Origin: Pristiophorus japonicus
Lineage: Eukaryota
Length of the DNA stretch: 64,000 nt
Assembly: GCF_044704955.1 (NCBI RefSeq)
Contig: NC_091979.1
Location: 317,564,001 to 317,628,000, forward strand
Direction of reading: 5' to 3'
The position numbers and the translations under genes were made by a program. Shown piece by piece: positions 1 through 13,975 of the stretch; within the stretch, counting starts at the first letter, position 1; every line of letters starts with the position of its first letter. The notes below the pieces were generated by a model. The model saw only the letters and a program-made list of their open reading frames with translations. It made no database searches and was not told the origin of the DNA.

Positions 1-3000
1 ACTGAGTAGTAAGCTCAGCGAAGAATAGGATGAGGCAGTTTGAGTTGTTGCTCATAAGGAGAGAATGGTGAGTGTCTTGTTAGGCTCTCCGGAGAGTGCC
101 AAGCGAGGCACAGGGGGCAGCTGTAAGCTTATCTAAGATGCAGTCAAACCTGTGAGGGCAGCATGAGTGCAGGAAGGTGGAGGTGAGCTGTCAGATTGGA
201 GTAGGGAATTGGGAGGGCCGAGTACCCGAGAGGGGAGAAATGATAGGGGACACGTCGACAGAAGTGAGGGATCAATGAGGGGTAAAGAGAAATAAAATAA
301 AGTGTCAGTGAAAAGCACAAGTAGAAGTGATAGGTTCGGGTCCGGAGAGGCAGACAAAATGCTCACGAGAATGGACACAGGGAAACTCAAGTTCCATCGG
401 CCTGGTTACATAGCAATTACCCCACTCCATTTTAACTGCCTGCCTGTCGGTTTTCGCCAGGTAGGGGGGGAGTTAAAATCGGGACCACAAAGTCAGTTAC
501 AAAGGGGGAACGGAGCCAACAACTGATTTGTTGTGTATGTTATTCTATTATCCAGATTATTTGTTTCCTGATTGTGAAATTAGAAACTTAACCTGTTCAA
601 CAAAACTAACCATAACTGTTTTGCAATCTGCCTTCTCACCAAATGAGAATTTAAAAATTGCCAGGCTGGGAGCCAATGTATATCAGTGAGCAAAGGGGTG
701 ATGGGTGAATGGGACGGTGTGAGTTAGGATACGGGCAGCAGAATTTTGTAAGAATTCAAGTTCATGGAGAATGGCAGATGGGAGGCCGGCCAGGAGAGCA
801 TTGGAATAGTCAAGGCCAGAGGTAACAAAGGCATGGATGAGGGTTCCAGCAGCAGCTGAGCTGAGGCAGGAGTGCAGTTGTGTGATGTTACTGAGGTGGA
901 AGTTAGCAGACTTGCTGATGGAGCTGACATATGGTCGGAAGCTCATCTCGGTGTCAAATGTGACACCAAGGTTGCGAGTGGACTGGTTCAGCCTCAGACA
1001 GTTGCCAGGGAGAGGGATGGAGTCAGTGGCTTGGGAACAGAGTTTGTGGTGAAGATTCCCAATATTTAGTTGGAAGAAATTTCTGCTCATCCAGTACTGA
1101 GTTTTGGATAACCAGTGTGACCAATTAGAAACTGTGAATGGGTCGGGAGAGGTGGTAGTGAGGTAGAGCTGGGTGTTGTCAGCACAGATATGGAACCTGA
1201 TGCTGTGTTGTGGGATGATTTCACCGAGGGGAAGCATGATGTAGAGTAAAGGAGGGGGCCAGGGCTAGATCCTTGGGGAGTCCAGAGGTAATGCTGTGGT
1301 AGTGGGAAGAGAATCCATTGCAGATGATTGTCTGACTATGATTGGATAGAGAAGAATGGAACCAGGAGAGTGCAGACCCACCCAGCTGGAGGAGGGAGGA
1401 GAGGTGTTGCAAGTGATATTGTGGTCAACCGTGTCAAAGGCTGTAGACAGGTTGAGAACAATGAAGAGGGTTAGGTTAACACAGTCACAGACACATAGGA
1501 TGTCATTTGTGACTTTGATAAGGTTCGAATCAGTATTGGAGGAAAACTGATTGTAGGGTTTCAAACATGGATCTGCGGGAATGATCAGCATGGATTTGGG
1601 AGGCGATGGCACATTCAAGGACATTGGAGAGGAAAGGATTTTGGAGATGGGTCAGTGGGTTGCAGGGACAGAGGTGTTAGGAATGATTTTTTTTGAGGAG
1701 AAGGATGATGAAAGCAGATGTGAAGGGCTGGGGGACAGTACTTGAGGAGATTTAACAATATCTGCTGTTATGGGGGCCAGGAAGGGAAGTTGGGCGGTTA
1801 TCAATTTGGTAACAATGGGGTTCGAGTGAGCAGGAGGTGGGTCGAATAGACAAGGGGAGCTTGGAGTGGGCATGAGGTGAGATTGGGGAGAAATGGAGAA
1901 ATATGCAAGTTCAGGGCTAGAGCAGAGGGAAACCATAGGTGAAGTTTGACCTGGTGGGCTCGGTGAAAAGACGGAAGCAGGTGATGCGGCTGAACGGATG
2001 GTTTCAATGTTTGTGACCAAAAAATCTATGACCTCCTCACACTTGTTTTTGGAGATGAGGGTGGAAGAGGCAGGAAGAGGGATTTGGGAAGACTGTGTGT
2101 CAATAGAATAGAAGCCAGGGGCTTTCAATGCCTTCCAGAAAGATCGTGGAAAGGTGAGCATTTTTGGCAGAGGAGCGCAGGGCCCGATAATACTTTATAT
2201 GCTGCAGTCAGAGCTGGCAATGAATAGCGAAACCATTTGTTTACCATAAAAATTCATGTCTGCATCCCTTGGGCTTGAGGGAGCAGTGATGAGGGCCGTA
2301 CCAGGGAGAAGAACCAGAGTGAAAGAGATTAATGGTTTAAATGGGGACAAGAGCATCAGAGGTGGAGGTGAGGGAGTGATTGAGCAGATCAGTAAATGAA
2401 GAAATGTTGTGATCAATGGAGGGACAAATGCGAGGCAGTTGAGAATTTGAAAGTGCAGTGTTAAGTGACTTGGGGAGAGTTTTTTTTACAGTGGCAGACA
2501 CAGAACGAAGTGAAGTTGTGAGGGGAAAGAGGGATGTGTGTTGTGAGCAATACTAGGAAGTGATCAGAGATGGCCTTATCTGTGATTGACACGGGGGGAA
2601 CAGCGAGGCCAAGTGAGGAGGCAAGGTCGAGGGGATGGCCATGAATATGGGTAGGGGAGTTTATATGAAGGGAAAGATTAAGTGAGGATATGAGGGTAAT
2701 GAACTCAGAGGTGAGAGAGAATGTTGAGTTAAGATGGAGGTTGAAATCACCGAAGATGAGAAATCAGTTGGTGCAGAGACTAAGGGAGGAAAGCAGTGAA
2801 GATATCTCGGTGGAAATTTGGCTCTGTATTTGGCTGGGCATTAGAGAATGAGGATTTTAAATTTGAGAGAGGTAGAACAAAGTGGGATGGTCAAAGGGAG
2901 AGAAGATGCCAGACAAGTACAGAGAACTACCTCGGTGTGATTTGGTGATAAATACCACACCGCCACAGCGGTCGTTTGGGTGAGGCCAGTGGTGAAAGGT

Positions 3001-6000
3001 ATAGCCTGGTGGGAAAGATTCACTTGGGGGAAGGCACCTTCAACCATCAGCCAGGTTTCTGTCAAGACCCTGATGTCGCAGCAATCATCCACAGGGTTAG
3101 CTTTGGGAGGGGTGAGTGGGACGGGATGGAGATTGGAAAGGTTAATGCCCAGCTCTCACACTGAGTAGTAAGCTCAGCGAAGAATAGGATGAGGCAGTTT
3201 GAGTTGTTGCTCATAAGGAGAGAATGGTGAGTGTCTTGTTAGGCTCTCCGGAGAGTGCCAAGCGAGGCACAGGGGGCAGCTGTAAGCTTATCTAAGATGC
3301 AGTCAAACCTGTGAGGGCAGCATGAGTGCAGGAAGGTGGAGGTGAGCTGTCAGATTGGAGTAGGGAATTGGGAGGGCCGAGTACCCGAGAGGGGAGAAAT
3401 GATAGGGGACACGTCGACAGAAGTGAGGGATCAATGAGGGGTAAAGAGAAATAAAATAAAGTGTCAGTGAAAAGCACAAGTAGAAGTGATAGGTTCGGGT
3501 CCGGAGAGGCAGACAAAATGCTCACGAGAATGGACACAGGGAAACTCAAGTTCCATCGGCCTGGTTACATAGCAATTACCCCACTCCATTTTAACTGCCT
3601 GCCTGTCGGTTTTCGCCAGGTAGGGGGGGAGTTAAAATCGGGACCACAAAGTCAGTTACAAAGGGGGAACGGAGCCAACAACTGATTTGTTGTGTATGTT
3701 ATTCTATTATCCAGATTATTTGTTTCCTGATTGTGAAATTAGAAACTTAACCTGTTCAACAAAACTAACCATAACTGTTTTGCAATCTGCCTTCTCACCA
3801 AATGAGAATTTAAAAATTGCCAGGCTGGGAGCCAATGTATATCAGTGAGCAAAGGGGTGATGGGTGAATGGGACGGTGTGAGTTAGGATACGGGCAGCAG
3901 AATTTTGTAAGAATTCAAGTTCATGGAGAATGGCAGATGGGAGGCCGGCCAGGAGAGCATTGGAATAGTCAAGGCCAGAGGTAACAAAGGCATGGATGAG
4001 GGTTCCAGCAGCAGCTGAGCTGAGGCAGGAGTGCAGTTGTGTGATGTTACTGAGGTGGAAGTTAGCAGACTTGCTGATGGAGCTGACATATGGTCGGAAG
4101 CTCATCTCGGTGTCAAATGTGACACCAAGGTTGCGAGTGGACTGGTTCAGCCTCAGACAGTTGCCAGGGAGAGGGATGGAGTCAGTGGCTTGGGAACAGA
4201 GTTTGTGGTGAAGATTCCCAATATTTAGTTGGAAGAAATTTCTGCTCATCCAGTACTGAGTTTTGGATAACCAGTGTGACCAATTAGAAACTGTGAATGG
4301 GTCGGGAGAGGTGGTAGTGAGGTAGAGCTGGGTGTTGTCAGCACAGATATGGAACCTGATGCTGTGTTGTGGGATGATTTCACCGAGGGGAAGCATGATG
4401 TAGAGTAAAGGAGGGGGCCAGGGCTAGATCCTTGGGGAGTCCAGAGGTAATGCTGTGGTAGTGGGAAGAGAATCCATTGCAGATGATTGTCTGACTATGA
4501 TTGGATAGAGAAGAATGGAACCAGGAGAGTGCAGACCCACCCAGCTGGAGGAGGGAGGAGAGGTGTTGCAAGTGATATTGTGGTCAACCGTGTCAAAGGC
4601 TGTAGACAGGTTGAGAACAATGAAGAGGGTTAGTTTAACACAGTCACAGACACATAGGATGTCATTTGTGACTTTGATAAGGTTCGAATCAGTACTGGAG
4701 GAAAACTGATTGTAGGGTTTCAAACATGGATCTGCGGGAATGATCAGCATGGATTTGGGAGGCGATGGCACATTCAAGGACATTGGAGAGGAAAGGATTT
4801 TGGAGATGGGTCAGTGGGTTGCAGGGACAGAGGTGTTAGGAATGATTTTTTTTGAGGAGAAGGATGATGAAAGCAGATGTGAAGGGCTGGGGGACAGTAC
4901 TTGAGGAGATTTAACAATATCTGCTGTTATGGGGGCCAGGAAGGGAAGTTGGGCGGTTATCAATTTGGTAACAATGGGGTTCGAGTGAGCAGGAGGTGGG
5001 TCGAATAGACAAGGGGAGCTTGGAGTGGGCATGAGGTGAGATTGGGGAGAAATGGAGAAATATGCAAGTTCAGGGCTAGAGCAGAGGGAAACCATAGGTG
5101 AAGTTTGACCTGGTGGGCTCGGTGAAAAGACGGAAGCAGGTGATGCGGCTGAACGGATGGTTTCAATGTTTGTGACCAAAAAATCTATGACCTCCTCACA
5201 CTTGTTTTTGGAGATGAGGGTGGAAGAGGCAGGAAGAGGGATTTGGGAAGACTGTGTGTCAATAGAATAGAAGCCAGGGGCTTTCAATGCCTTCCAGAAA
5301 GATCGTGGAAAGGTGAGCATTTTTGGCAGAGGAGTGCAGGGCCCGATAATACTTTATATGCTGCAGTCAGAGCTGGCAATGAATAGCGAAACCATTTGTT
5401 TACCATAAAAATTCATGTCTGCATCCCTTGGGCTTGAGGGAGCAGTGATGAGGGCCGTACCAGGGAGAAGAACCAGAGTGAAAGAGATTAATGGTTTAAA
5501 TGGGGACAAGAGCATCAGAGGTGGAGGTGAGGGAGTGATTGAGCAGATCAGTAAATGAAGAAATGTTGTGATCAATGGAGGGACAAATGCGAGGCAGTTG
5601 AGAATTTGAAAGTGCAGTGTTAAGTGACTTGGGGAGAGTTTTTTTTACAGTGGCAGACACAGAACGAAGTGAAGTTGTGAGGGGAAAGAGGGATGTGTGT
5701 TGTGAGCAATACTAGGAAGTGATCAGAGATGGCCTTATCTGTGATTGACACGGGGGGAACAGCGAGGCCAAGTGAGGAGGCAAGGTCGAGGGGATGGCCA
5801 TGAATATGGGTAGGGGAGTTTATATGAAGGGAAAGATTAAGTGAGGATATGAGGGTAATGAACTCAGAGGTGAGAGAGAATGTTGAGTTAAGATGGAGGT
5901 TGAAATCACCGAAGATGAGAAATCAGTTGGTGCAGAGACTAAGGGAGGAAAGCAGTGAAGATATCTCGGTGGAAATTTGGCTCTGTATTTGGCTGGGCAT

Positions 6001-9000
6001 TAGAGAATGAGGATTTTAAATTTGAGAGAGGTAGAACAAAGTGGGATGGTCAAAGGGAGAGAAGATGCCAGACAAGTACAGAGAACTACCTCGGTGTGAT
6101 TTGGTGATAAATACCACACCGCCACAGCGGTCGTTTGGGTGAGGCCAGTGGTGAAAGGTATAGCCTGGTGGGAAAGATTCACTTGGGGGAAGGCACCTTC
6201 AACCATCAGCCAGGTTTCTGTCAAGACCCTGATGTCGCAGCAATCATCCACAGGGTTAGCTTTGGGAGGGGTGAGTGGGACGGGATGGAGATTGGAAAGG
6301 TTAATGCCCAGCTCTCACACTGAGTAGTAAGCTCAGCGAAGAATAGGATGAGGCAGTTTGAGTTGTTGCTCATAAGGAGAGAATGGTGAGTGTCTTGTTA
6401 GGCTCTCCGGAGAGTGCCAAGCGAGGCACAGGGGGCAGCTGTAAGCTTATCTAAGATGCAGTCAAACCTGTGAGGGCAGCATGAGTGCAGGAAGGTGGAG
6501 GTGAGCTGTCAGATTGGAGTAGGGAATTGGGAGGGCCGAGTACCCGAGAGGGGAGAAATGATAGGGGACACGTCGACAGAAGTGAGGGATCAATGAGGGG
6601 TAAAGAGAAATAAAATAAAGTGTCAGTGAAAAGCACAAGTAGAAGTGATAGGTTCGGGTCCGGAGAGGCAGACAAAATGCTCACGAGAATGGACACAGGG
6701 AAACTCAAGTTCCATCGGCCTGGTTACATAGCAATTACCCCACTCCATTTTAACTGCCTGCCTGTCGGTTTTCGCCAGGTAGGGGGGGAGTTAAAATCGG
6801 GACCACAAAGTCAGTTACAAAGGGGGAACGGAGCCAACAACTGATTTGTTGTGTATGTTATTCTATTATCCAGATTATTTGTTTCCTGATTGTGAAATTA
6901 GAAACTTAACCTGTTCAACAAAACTAACCATAACTGTTTTGCAATCTGCCTTCTCACCAAATGAGAATTTAAAAATTGCCAGGCTGGGAGCCAATGTATA
7001 TCAGTGAGCAAAGGGGTGATGGGTGAATGGGACGGTGTGAGTTAGGATACGGGCAGCAGAATTTTGTAAGAATTCAAGTTCATGGAGAATGGCAGATGGG
7101 AGGCCGGCCAGGAGAGCATTGGAATAGTCAAGGCCAGAGGTAACAAAGGCATGGATGAGGGTTCCAGCAGCAGCTGAGCTGAGGCAGGAGTGCAGTTGTG
7201 TGATGTTACTGAGGTGGAAGTTAGCAGACTTGCTGATGGAGCTGACATATGGTCGGAAGCTCATCTCGGTGTCAAATGTGACACCAAGGTTGCGAGTGGA
7301 CTGGTTCAGCCTCAGACAGTTGCCAGGGAGAGGGATGGAGTCAGTGGCTTGGGAACAGAGTTTGTGGTGAAGATTCCCAATATTTAGTTGGAAGAAATTT
7401 CTGCTCATCCAGTACTGAGTTTTGGATAACCAGTGTGACCAATTAGAAACTGTGAATGGGTCGGGAGAGGTGGTAGTGAGGTAGAGCTGGGTGTTGTCAG
7501 CACAGATATGGAACCTGATGCTGTGTTGTGGGATGATTTCACCGAGGGGAAGCATGATGTAGAGTAAAGGAGGGGGCCAGGGCTAGATCCTTGGGGAGTC
7601 CAGAGGTAATGCTGTGGTAGTGGGAAGAGAATCCATTGCAGATGATTGTCTGACTATGATTGGATAGAGAAGAATGGAACCAGGAGAGTGCAGACCCACC
7701 CAGCTGGAGGAGGGAGGAGAGGTGTTGCAAGTGATATTGTGGTCAACCGTGTCAAAGGCTGTAGACAGGTTGAGAACAATGAAGAGGGTTAGTTTAACAC
7801 AGTCACAGACACATAGGATGTCATTTGTGACTTTGATAAGGTTCGAATCAGTACTGGAGGAAAACTGATTGTAGGGTTTCAAACATGGATCTGCGGGAAT
7901 GATCAGCATGGATTTGGGAGGCGATGGCACATTCAAGGACATTGGAGAGGAAAGGATTTTGGAGATGGGTCAGTGGGTTGCAGGGACAGAGGTGTTAGGA
8001 ATGATTTTTTTTGAGGAGAAGGATGATGAAAGCAGATGTGAAGGGCTGGGGGACAGTACTTGAGGAGATTTAACAATATCTGCTGTTATGGGGGCCAGGA
8101 AGGGAAGTTGGGCGGTTATCAATTTGGTAACAATGGGGTTCGAGTGAGCAGGAGGTGGGTCGAATAGACAAGGGGAGCTTGGAGTGGGCATGAGGTGAGA
8201 TTGGGGAGAAATGGAGAAATATGCAAGTTCAGGGCTAGAGCAGAGGGAAACCATAGGTGAAGTTTGACCTGGTGGGCTCGGTGAAAAGACGGAAGCAGGT
8301 GATGCGGCTGAACGGATGGTTTCAATGTTTGTGACCAAAAAATCTATGACCTCCTCACACTTGTTTTTGGAGATGAGGGTGGAAGAGGCAGGAAGAGGGA
8401 TTTGGGAAGACTGTGTGTCAATAGAATAGAAGCCAGGGGCTTTCAATGCCTTCCAGAAAGATCGTGGAAAGGTGAGCATTTTTGGCAGAGGAGTGCAGGG
8501 CCCGATAATACTTTATATGCTGCAGTCAGAGCTGGCAATGAATAGCGAAACCATTTGTTTACCATAAAAATTCATGTCTGCATCCCTTGGGCTTGAGGGA
8601 GCAGTGATGAGGGCCGTACCAGGGAGAAGAACCAGAGTGAAAGAGATTAATGGTTTAAATGGGGACAAGAGCATCAGAGGTGGAGGTGAGGGAGTGATTG
8701 AGCAGATCAGTAAATGAAGAAATGTTGTGATCAATGGAGGGACAAATGCGAGGCAGTTGAGAATTTGAAAGTGCAGTGTTAAGTGACTTGGGGAGAGTTT
8801 TTTTTACAGTGGCAGACACAGAACGAAGTGAAGTTGTGAGGGGAAAGAGGGATGTGTGTTGTGAGCAATACTAGGAAGTGATCAGAGATGGCCTTATCTG
8901 TGATTGACACGGGGGGAACAGCGAGGCCAAGTGAGGAGGCAAGGTCGAGGGGATGGCCATGAATATGGGTAGGGGAGTTTATATGAAGGGAAAGATTAAG

Positions 9001-10260
9001 TGAGGATATGAGGGTAATGAACTCAGAGGTGAGAGAGAATGTTGAGTTAAGATGGAGGTTGAAATCACCGAAGATGAGAAATCAGTTGGTGCAGAGACTA
9101 AGGGAGGAAAGCAGTGAAGATATCTCGGTGGAAATTTGGCTCTGTATTTGGCTGGGCATTAGAGAATGAGGATTTTAAATTTGAGAGAGGTAGAACAAAG
9201 TGGGATGGTCAAAGGGAGAGAAGATGCCAGAGAAGTACAGAGAACTACCTCGGTGTGATTTGGTGATAAGTATCACACCGCCACAGCGGTCGTTTGGGTG
9301 AGGCCAGTGGTGAAAGGTATAGCCTGGTGGGAAAGATTCACTTGGGGGAAGGCACCTTCAACCATCAGCCAGGTTTCTGTCAAGACCCTGATGTCGCAGC
9401 AATCATCCACAGGGTTAGCATTGGGAGGGGTGAGTGGGACGGGATGGAGATTGGAAAGGTTAATGCCCAGCTCTCACACTGAGTAGTAAGCTCAGCGAAG
9501 AACAGCATGAGGCAGTTTGAGTTGTTGCTCATAAGGAGAGAATGGTGAGTGTCTTGTTAGGCTCTCCGGAGAGTGCCAAGCGAGGCACAGGGGGCAGCTG
9601 TAAGCTTATCTAAGATGCAGTCAAACCTGTGAGGGCAGCATGAGTGCAGGAAGGTGGAGGTGAGCTGTCAGATTGGAGTAGGGAATTGGGAGGGCCGAGT
9701 ACCCGAGAGGGGAGAAATGATAGGAGACACGTCGACAGAAGTGAGGGATCAATGAAGGGTAAAGAGAAATAAAATAAAGTGTCAGTGAAAAGCACAAGTA
9801 GAAGTGATGGGCTCGGGTCCGGAGAGGCAGACAAAATGCTCACGAGAATGGACACAGGGAAACTCAAGTTCCATCGGCCTGGTTACATAGCAATTACCCC
9901 ACTCCATTTTAACTGCCTGCCTGTCGGTTTTCGCCAGGCGGGGGGGAGGAGTTAAAATCGGGACCACAAAGTCAGTTACAAAAGGGGAACAGAGCTGGCA
10001 ACTGAATTCCTGTGTATGTTATTCTATTATCCAGATTATTTGTTTCCTGATTGTGAAACTAGAAGCTTAACCTCTTAAACAAAACTGTTTTGCAATCTGC
10101 CTTCTCACCAAATGAGAATTTAAAGATTGAGGCGTTGCCAGACTGGGAGCCAATGTATGTCAGTGAGCAAAGGGGTGATGGGTGAATGGGACGGTGTGAG
10201 TTGGGGTACGGGCAGCAGAGTTTTGGATGAATTCAAGTTCATGGAGGGTGGCAAATGGGC
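1..10260. repeat. Tandem macrosatellite, 3159-bp unit (3 full copies plus a diverging partial fourth; array continues off the left edge)
   Basis: Near-identical ORFs recur at exact 3159 offsets (133/3292/6451/9610; 683/3842/7001). Units 1-3 differ by only a few substitutions; divergence rises from about 9.2 kb onward. Confidence 0.97.
640..3130 (-). mobile_element. Degenerate L2-clade LINE making up most of the 3159-bp unit (copies at +3159 and +6318)
   Basis: Frameshifted ORF2 pieces: endonuclease 'DIRVLTETWL'; RT 'LNLSTAFDTVDH', 'FHICADNTQLYL', 'RNLGVTFD', 'LIHAFVTSGLDYSNALLAGLP', all typical of L2 RT. Confidence 0.85.
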
Positions 10261-12039
10261 CAAGTGAGCTGGCAAGGTCGAGTGGGTGGCCGTGAATATG
10301 GGTTGTGGAGTTTATATGGAGGGAGAGGTTAAGGGAGGATAGGAGGGCAGTGAAGTCAGAGGTGAGAGAGAAAGCTGAGTTGGGACGTACTTGAAATCAC
10401 CAAAGATGAGAAGTCAGTCGGTGAAGAGGTTGTGAAGATATCTGAGTGGAAATTACTTGGTATTTGGCTGGGCGATGGAGAATGAGGAATTACATGAGAT
10501 GACAGAGATGTGGAACAAGATGAGCTGTTCAAAGGAGGAGGTGTCAGAGGAGTATGGCGAGAGATCATGGTGTGATTTGGTGATGAATGTCTCCTGGCTC
10601 CCTGTGGAAACAACACCTCTCTCCTCGAGTTGACCCCCTACACCAAGGCCTCCAGTGCTGTATCCGAGAAACTTGCCACACGCTCTCTTCGCTGTTGTGA
10701 CATGATTTTTCTTTTCTCCTCCTCTCACTGTCTTCCCCAGCCAGTTCAATGAGCTGCTGCAGACAGAATGCACCTCCCCTTTCAGAAATGTAGACTGCCT
10801 TTAAGTAGTGCAGGCTAGCTTTATGTGGTACTAGCCTCGCACGACCTTGGGTCCCGTGCTGAGCATTCAGCCACTCAGCAACACGTTCGACACTGGGCTG
10901 AATGCCATAACCATGGAAATGAGCAGGCAGTATGAAGTTCGTGTGTTGCTTGCATTCCCCACAACTGGCGTGTGTTGATCGCACATCGCGATCCCCGCGC
11001 CCGTTTTCGGGGGCTAACGAATTTCTAGGCCTTTATATTTTTAAAGTTTATTTTTTGCAAATTAATAACTCCAGATTGGTAGAATTAAAATGGTGACTAT
11101 AGAATTAACAGTCGACTCACACATCCACCACTGAGTGAGAAACAAGGGTCTGGATTTACTTCAGTTACACCACCCAAAAATGGGGAAGGATGAAAATGGG
11201 GTGCGGAAGCCGACCGCCAGAACCTCACTCCTCAGAGCACCACCAGAAAGTCCCCCCATACCCCATTTGATATGTTGGTGGGGTGAGGGGGGCAGGGAGT
11301 GGGAAACGGGCCACCAGGTGAGGGCCGGCAATACAACAACAACTTGTATTGCTATCTAGATATATTTATAATACAGGCTGGGGAAGTAGCAGAACGCCCT
11401 TATGGACAGAGAAGGCCCAACAGTGGGCACCTCTCCCTCGCTTCTGTCCCCAGTCACTCAGTTTGTACAAATGCTGCTCATTCTGAAGCGGTAAGTAAAA
11501 TTGCGCTGCTAATCTTTGGGGTGTTTCTGCCCCCGTTAATGGTGGATGTTCCTCTCTCTGGTGTTGCTGTGCGATGCCACCATTCCCTGGCTATCAGTGG
11601 TGGCTCCTTGAAGTGTAACGGAGATCCCGCTGGGAGCCTGCCCTGCGGGTCTAATGAGCCCCAACCCAGGAAAATGGGTCGGTTGACGTGGGTCAGAGTG
11701 TTCGGTGGAAGCCCCGCTTGACCCACCTCTGACACAAACCCTTCCTGGAGGAAAACCCAGCTCAGGAAGATATAATGGTATTTCAAAGCTATCATGAAAA
11801 AAGCTGCTGGGATGGTTGAAGTAGTGTTGCCAACTCTGGTTGGACATATTCCTGGATGTTTTATCACATGACCTCCCACCTCCAATAGCCCCACCCTGAG
11901 CTCCCATCAGTGATTACCGGACTCGCACATCCTCACACATTCCCCCACCAATAGGAAAGGGAACAGACTCCAGAACCTGATTGGATGATTTTTTATTGTG
12001 AGACAGCAGCCTTTTTCCCCACCTCCAATATTTATATTC

Positions 12040-12981
12040 CAGGTACAACGTCCAGAATCCAGAATTCCCAAAACCAGAATTGTCCGAAAATTGGACAGTT
12101 TTGAAGCGGCCAAGGTGGCAACGGAGGGCAGTGCCGGGGGGCCACGGCCAGTGAGAATCGGCGGCCAGCGAGGAGCGGGGGATCGGCCGGTGGCGAGGAG
12201 CGGGGGATCGGCCGGCGGTGAGGAGTGAAGGATCGGCCGGTGGCGAGGAGTGAAGGATCGGCCGGCGGTGAGGAGCGGAGGATTGGCCGGTGGTGAGGAG
12301 CGGAGGATTGGCCGGCGGTGAGGAGCGGGGGATTGGCCGGCGGTGAGGAGCGGAGGATCGGCCGGTGGCGAGGAGCGGGGGATTGGCCGGCGGTGAGGAG
12401 CGGAGGATCGGCCGGTGGTGAGGAGCGGAGGATCGGCCGGCGGTGAGGAGCGGAGGATTGGCCGGCGGTGAGGAGCGGAGGATCGGCCGGTGGTGAGGAG
12501 CGGAGGATTGGCCGGTGGTGAGGAGCGGAGGATTGGCCGGCGGTGAGGAGCGGGGGATTGGCCGGCAGTGCGGAGCGGAGGATTGGCCGGCGGTGAGGAG
12601 CGGGGGATTGGCCGGCAGTGCGGAGCGGAGGATTGGCCGGCGGTGAGGAGTGGAGGATTGGCCGGCGGTGAGGAGCGGAGGATTGGCCGGCGGTGAGGAG
12701 CGGGGGATTGGCCGGCGGTGAGGAGCGGAGGATTGGCCGATGGCGAGGAGCGGAGGATTGGCCGGCGGTGAGGAGCGGAGGATCGGCCGGTGGTGAGGAG
12801 CGGAGGATCGGCCGGCGGTGAGGAGCGGAGGATTGGCCGGCGGTGAGGAGTGGAGGATTGGCCGGCGGTGAGGAGCGGAGGATTGGCCGGCGGTGAGGAG
12901 CGGAGGATTGGCCGATGGCGAGGAGCGGAGGATTGGCCGGCGGTGAGGAGCGCCAACAGCGGAGTTCAGACGTTGTACCTG
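12040..12981. mobile_element. Non-autonomous DNA transposon (Tc1/mariner-Tigger-like MITE) with 13-bp terminal inverted repeats
   Basis: CAGGTACAACGTC (12040-12052) is the exact reverse complement of GACGTTGTACCTG (12969-12981). TA follows the right end; the left flank reads TC (possible mutated TA). Confidence 0.65.
12162..12952. repeat. 25-bp GC-rich minisatellite (GAGGAGCGGAGGATTGGCCGGCGGT)n, about 31 copies
   Basis: Repeat read directly; 25-aa periodicity in the overlapping ORFs. Confidence 0.95.
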
Positions 12982-13344
12982 TACTAATAAACAAAAGGAT
13001 TCAAAGAAAATGTTAAAAACACACCATTTATTTCATGTCCCCGTGAATCTTCTCCCTAGTTGCTCACAGCAGTGTGCTGGAGATTAACCTTCAATACAGA
13101 CAGACTCCAGGGCAATCTGTTTGACTGATGTGGCTGTCATGGTTGAATAGCTAGCAGTGTGTGCAAGCTGTGAGATGTGAGTGTGAGGCTTGCGGCAGTG
13201 TGAAGTATGTGAGGGTGAGGTGAAGCTATGTCAGGTATGAAGCCTGACTGAGAGAGATTGTTGGGAGGTGAGTGATGGGGATGTGGTGAATTGAGCAGTG
13301 GGTGTGGCTCCTGTTGCAGTTGGGAAGACATGGCATTTGAGGTT

Positions 13345-13590
13345 GCATTCACTGACCTTGACCACTCATGTGAGGTCACTGAACTTCTTGCGGCACTGTA
13401 TGCAGGTCCTCGGGGCTTGACTCCGGGCACTGACCACCACGGCTATCTGCTTCCACTTCCTTTTGACCGTGTGTCTGGAGGGCTGCCTTCCCCCCTGTGG
13501 ATTCAGGACATCGCGCCTCCTTTCCACATCCTCCATCAAGGCCTTCAGTGCAACGTCCCAATAACTTGGAGCCCACTAGCTCCCCTGTTG
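13345..13590 (-). mobile_element. Degenerate PIF/Harbinger Myb/SANT-like DNA-binding gene fragment
   Basis: Minus-strand translation gives 'ALKALMEDVERRRDVLNP' and 'PRTCIQCRKKFSDLT', matching the trihelix Myb/SANT motif of Harbinger elements. Confidence 0.6.
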
Positions 13591-13804
13591 TGCCTTTCCT
13601 CACTCTTTCCCAGGTCAGAATCTCTTCAACCACGACCCCCAGCACCTGCTCCAGCCACAATGCAGCACCCCTTTAAGAGGTGCCGGTTGGCGCAGCACCA
13701 AGTTGGCGTGCTGCCTGCATTTCAATCAACGGGCGTGGGTTAATCATGCTTCACGATCCCTGAGCCCGTCTTCAGGACTATCCAGTTTAGCCCCTCAGGT
13801 GACT

Positions 13805-13975
13805 GTGTATCATCTCCAATACCTTAAGTTCAGTTTCCAGCATTGCACGGACCTGAGAAAACCTCCACAGAAAGGCTGTTTCTGGTGCTGTTTCAAGGAG
13901 GTGATTTTCCATTCGGTGTAAATATGGTGTGAGGCATCTGCACCTCTCCCAATGTTAGGTTCTTCCACTGTCCAA
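13805..13975. repeat. Dispersed interspersed repeat, family unassigned
   Basis: Clear homolog at about 60300-60445 ('ctccaataccttaa...cagtttccagcattgcac...cccaatgttaggttcttcca'). The adjoining 60140-60310 is homologous in reverse to about 41520-41700 and 47250-47430. Confidence 0.6.

Noticed and set aside
1-9477. Possible 5S rRNA, tRNA or snRNA gene array in the 3159-bp unit
   Set aside because: No recognisable RNA gene found; the unit is explained mostly by L2 sequence.
11907-12994. 320-349 aa Pro/Arg-rich ORFs, and similar Gly- or Pro-rich ORFs at 19.4, 27.5, 43.8, 45.4, 50.8 and 52.3 kb
   Set aside because: All are artefacts of the 23-, 25- and 30-bp minisatellites.
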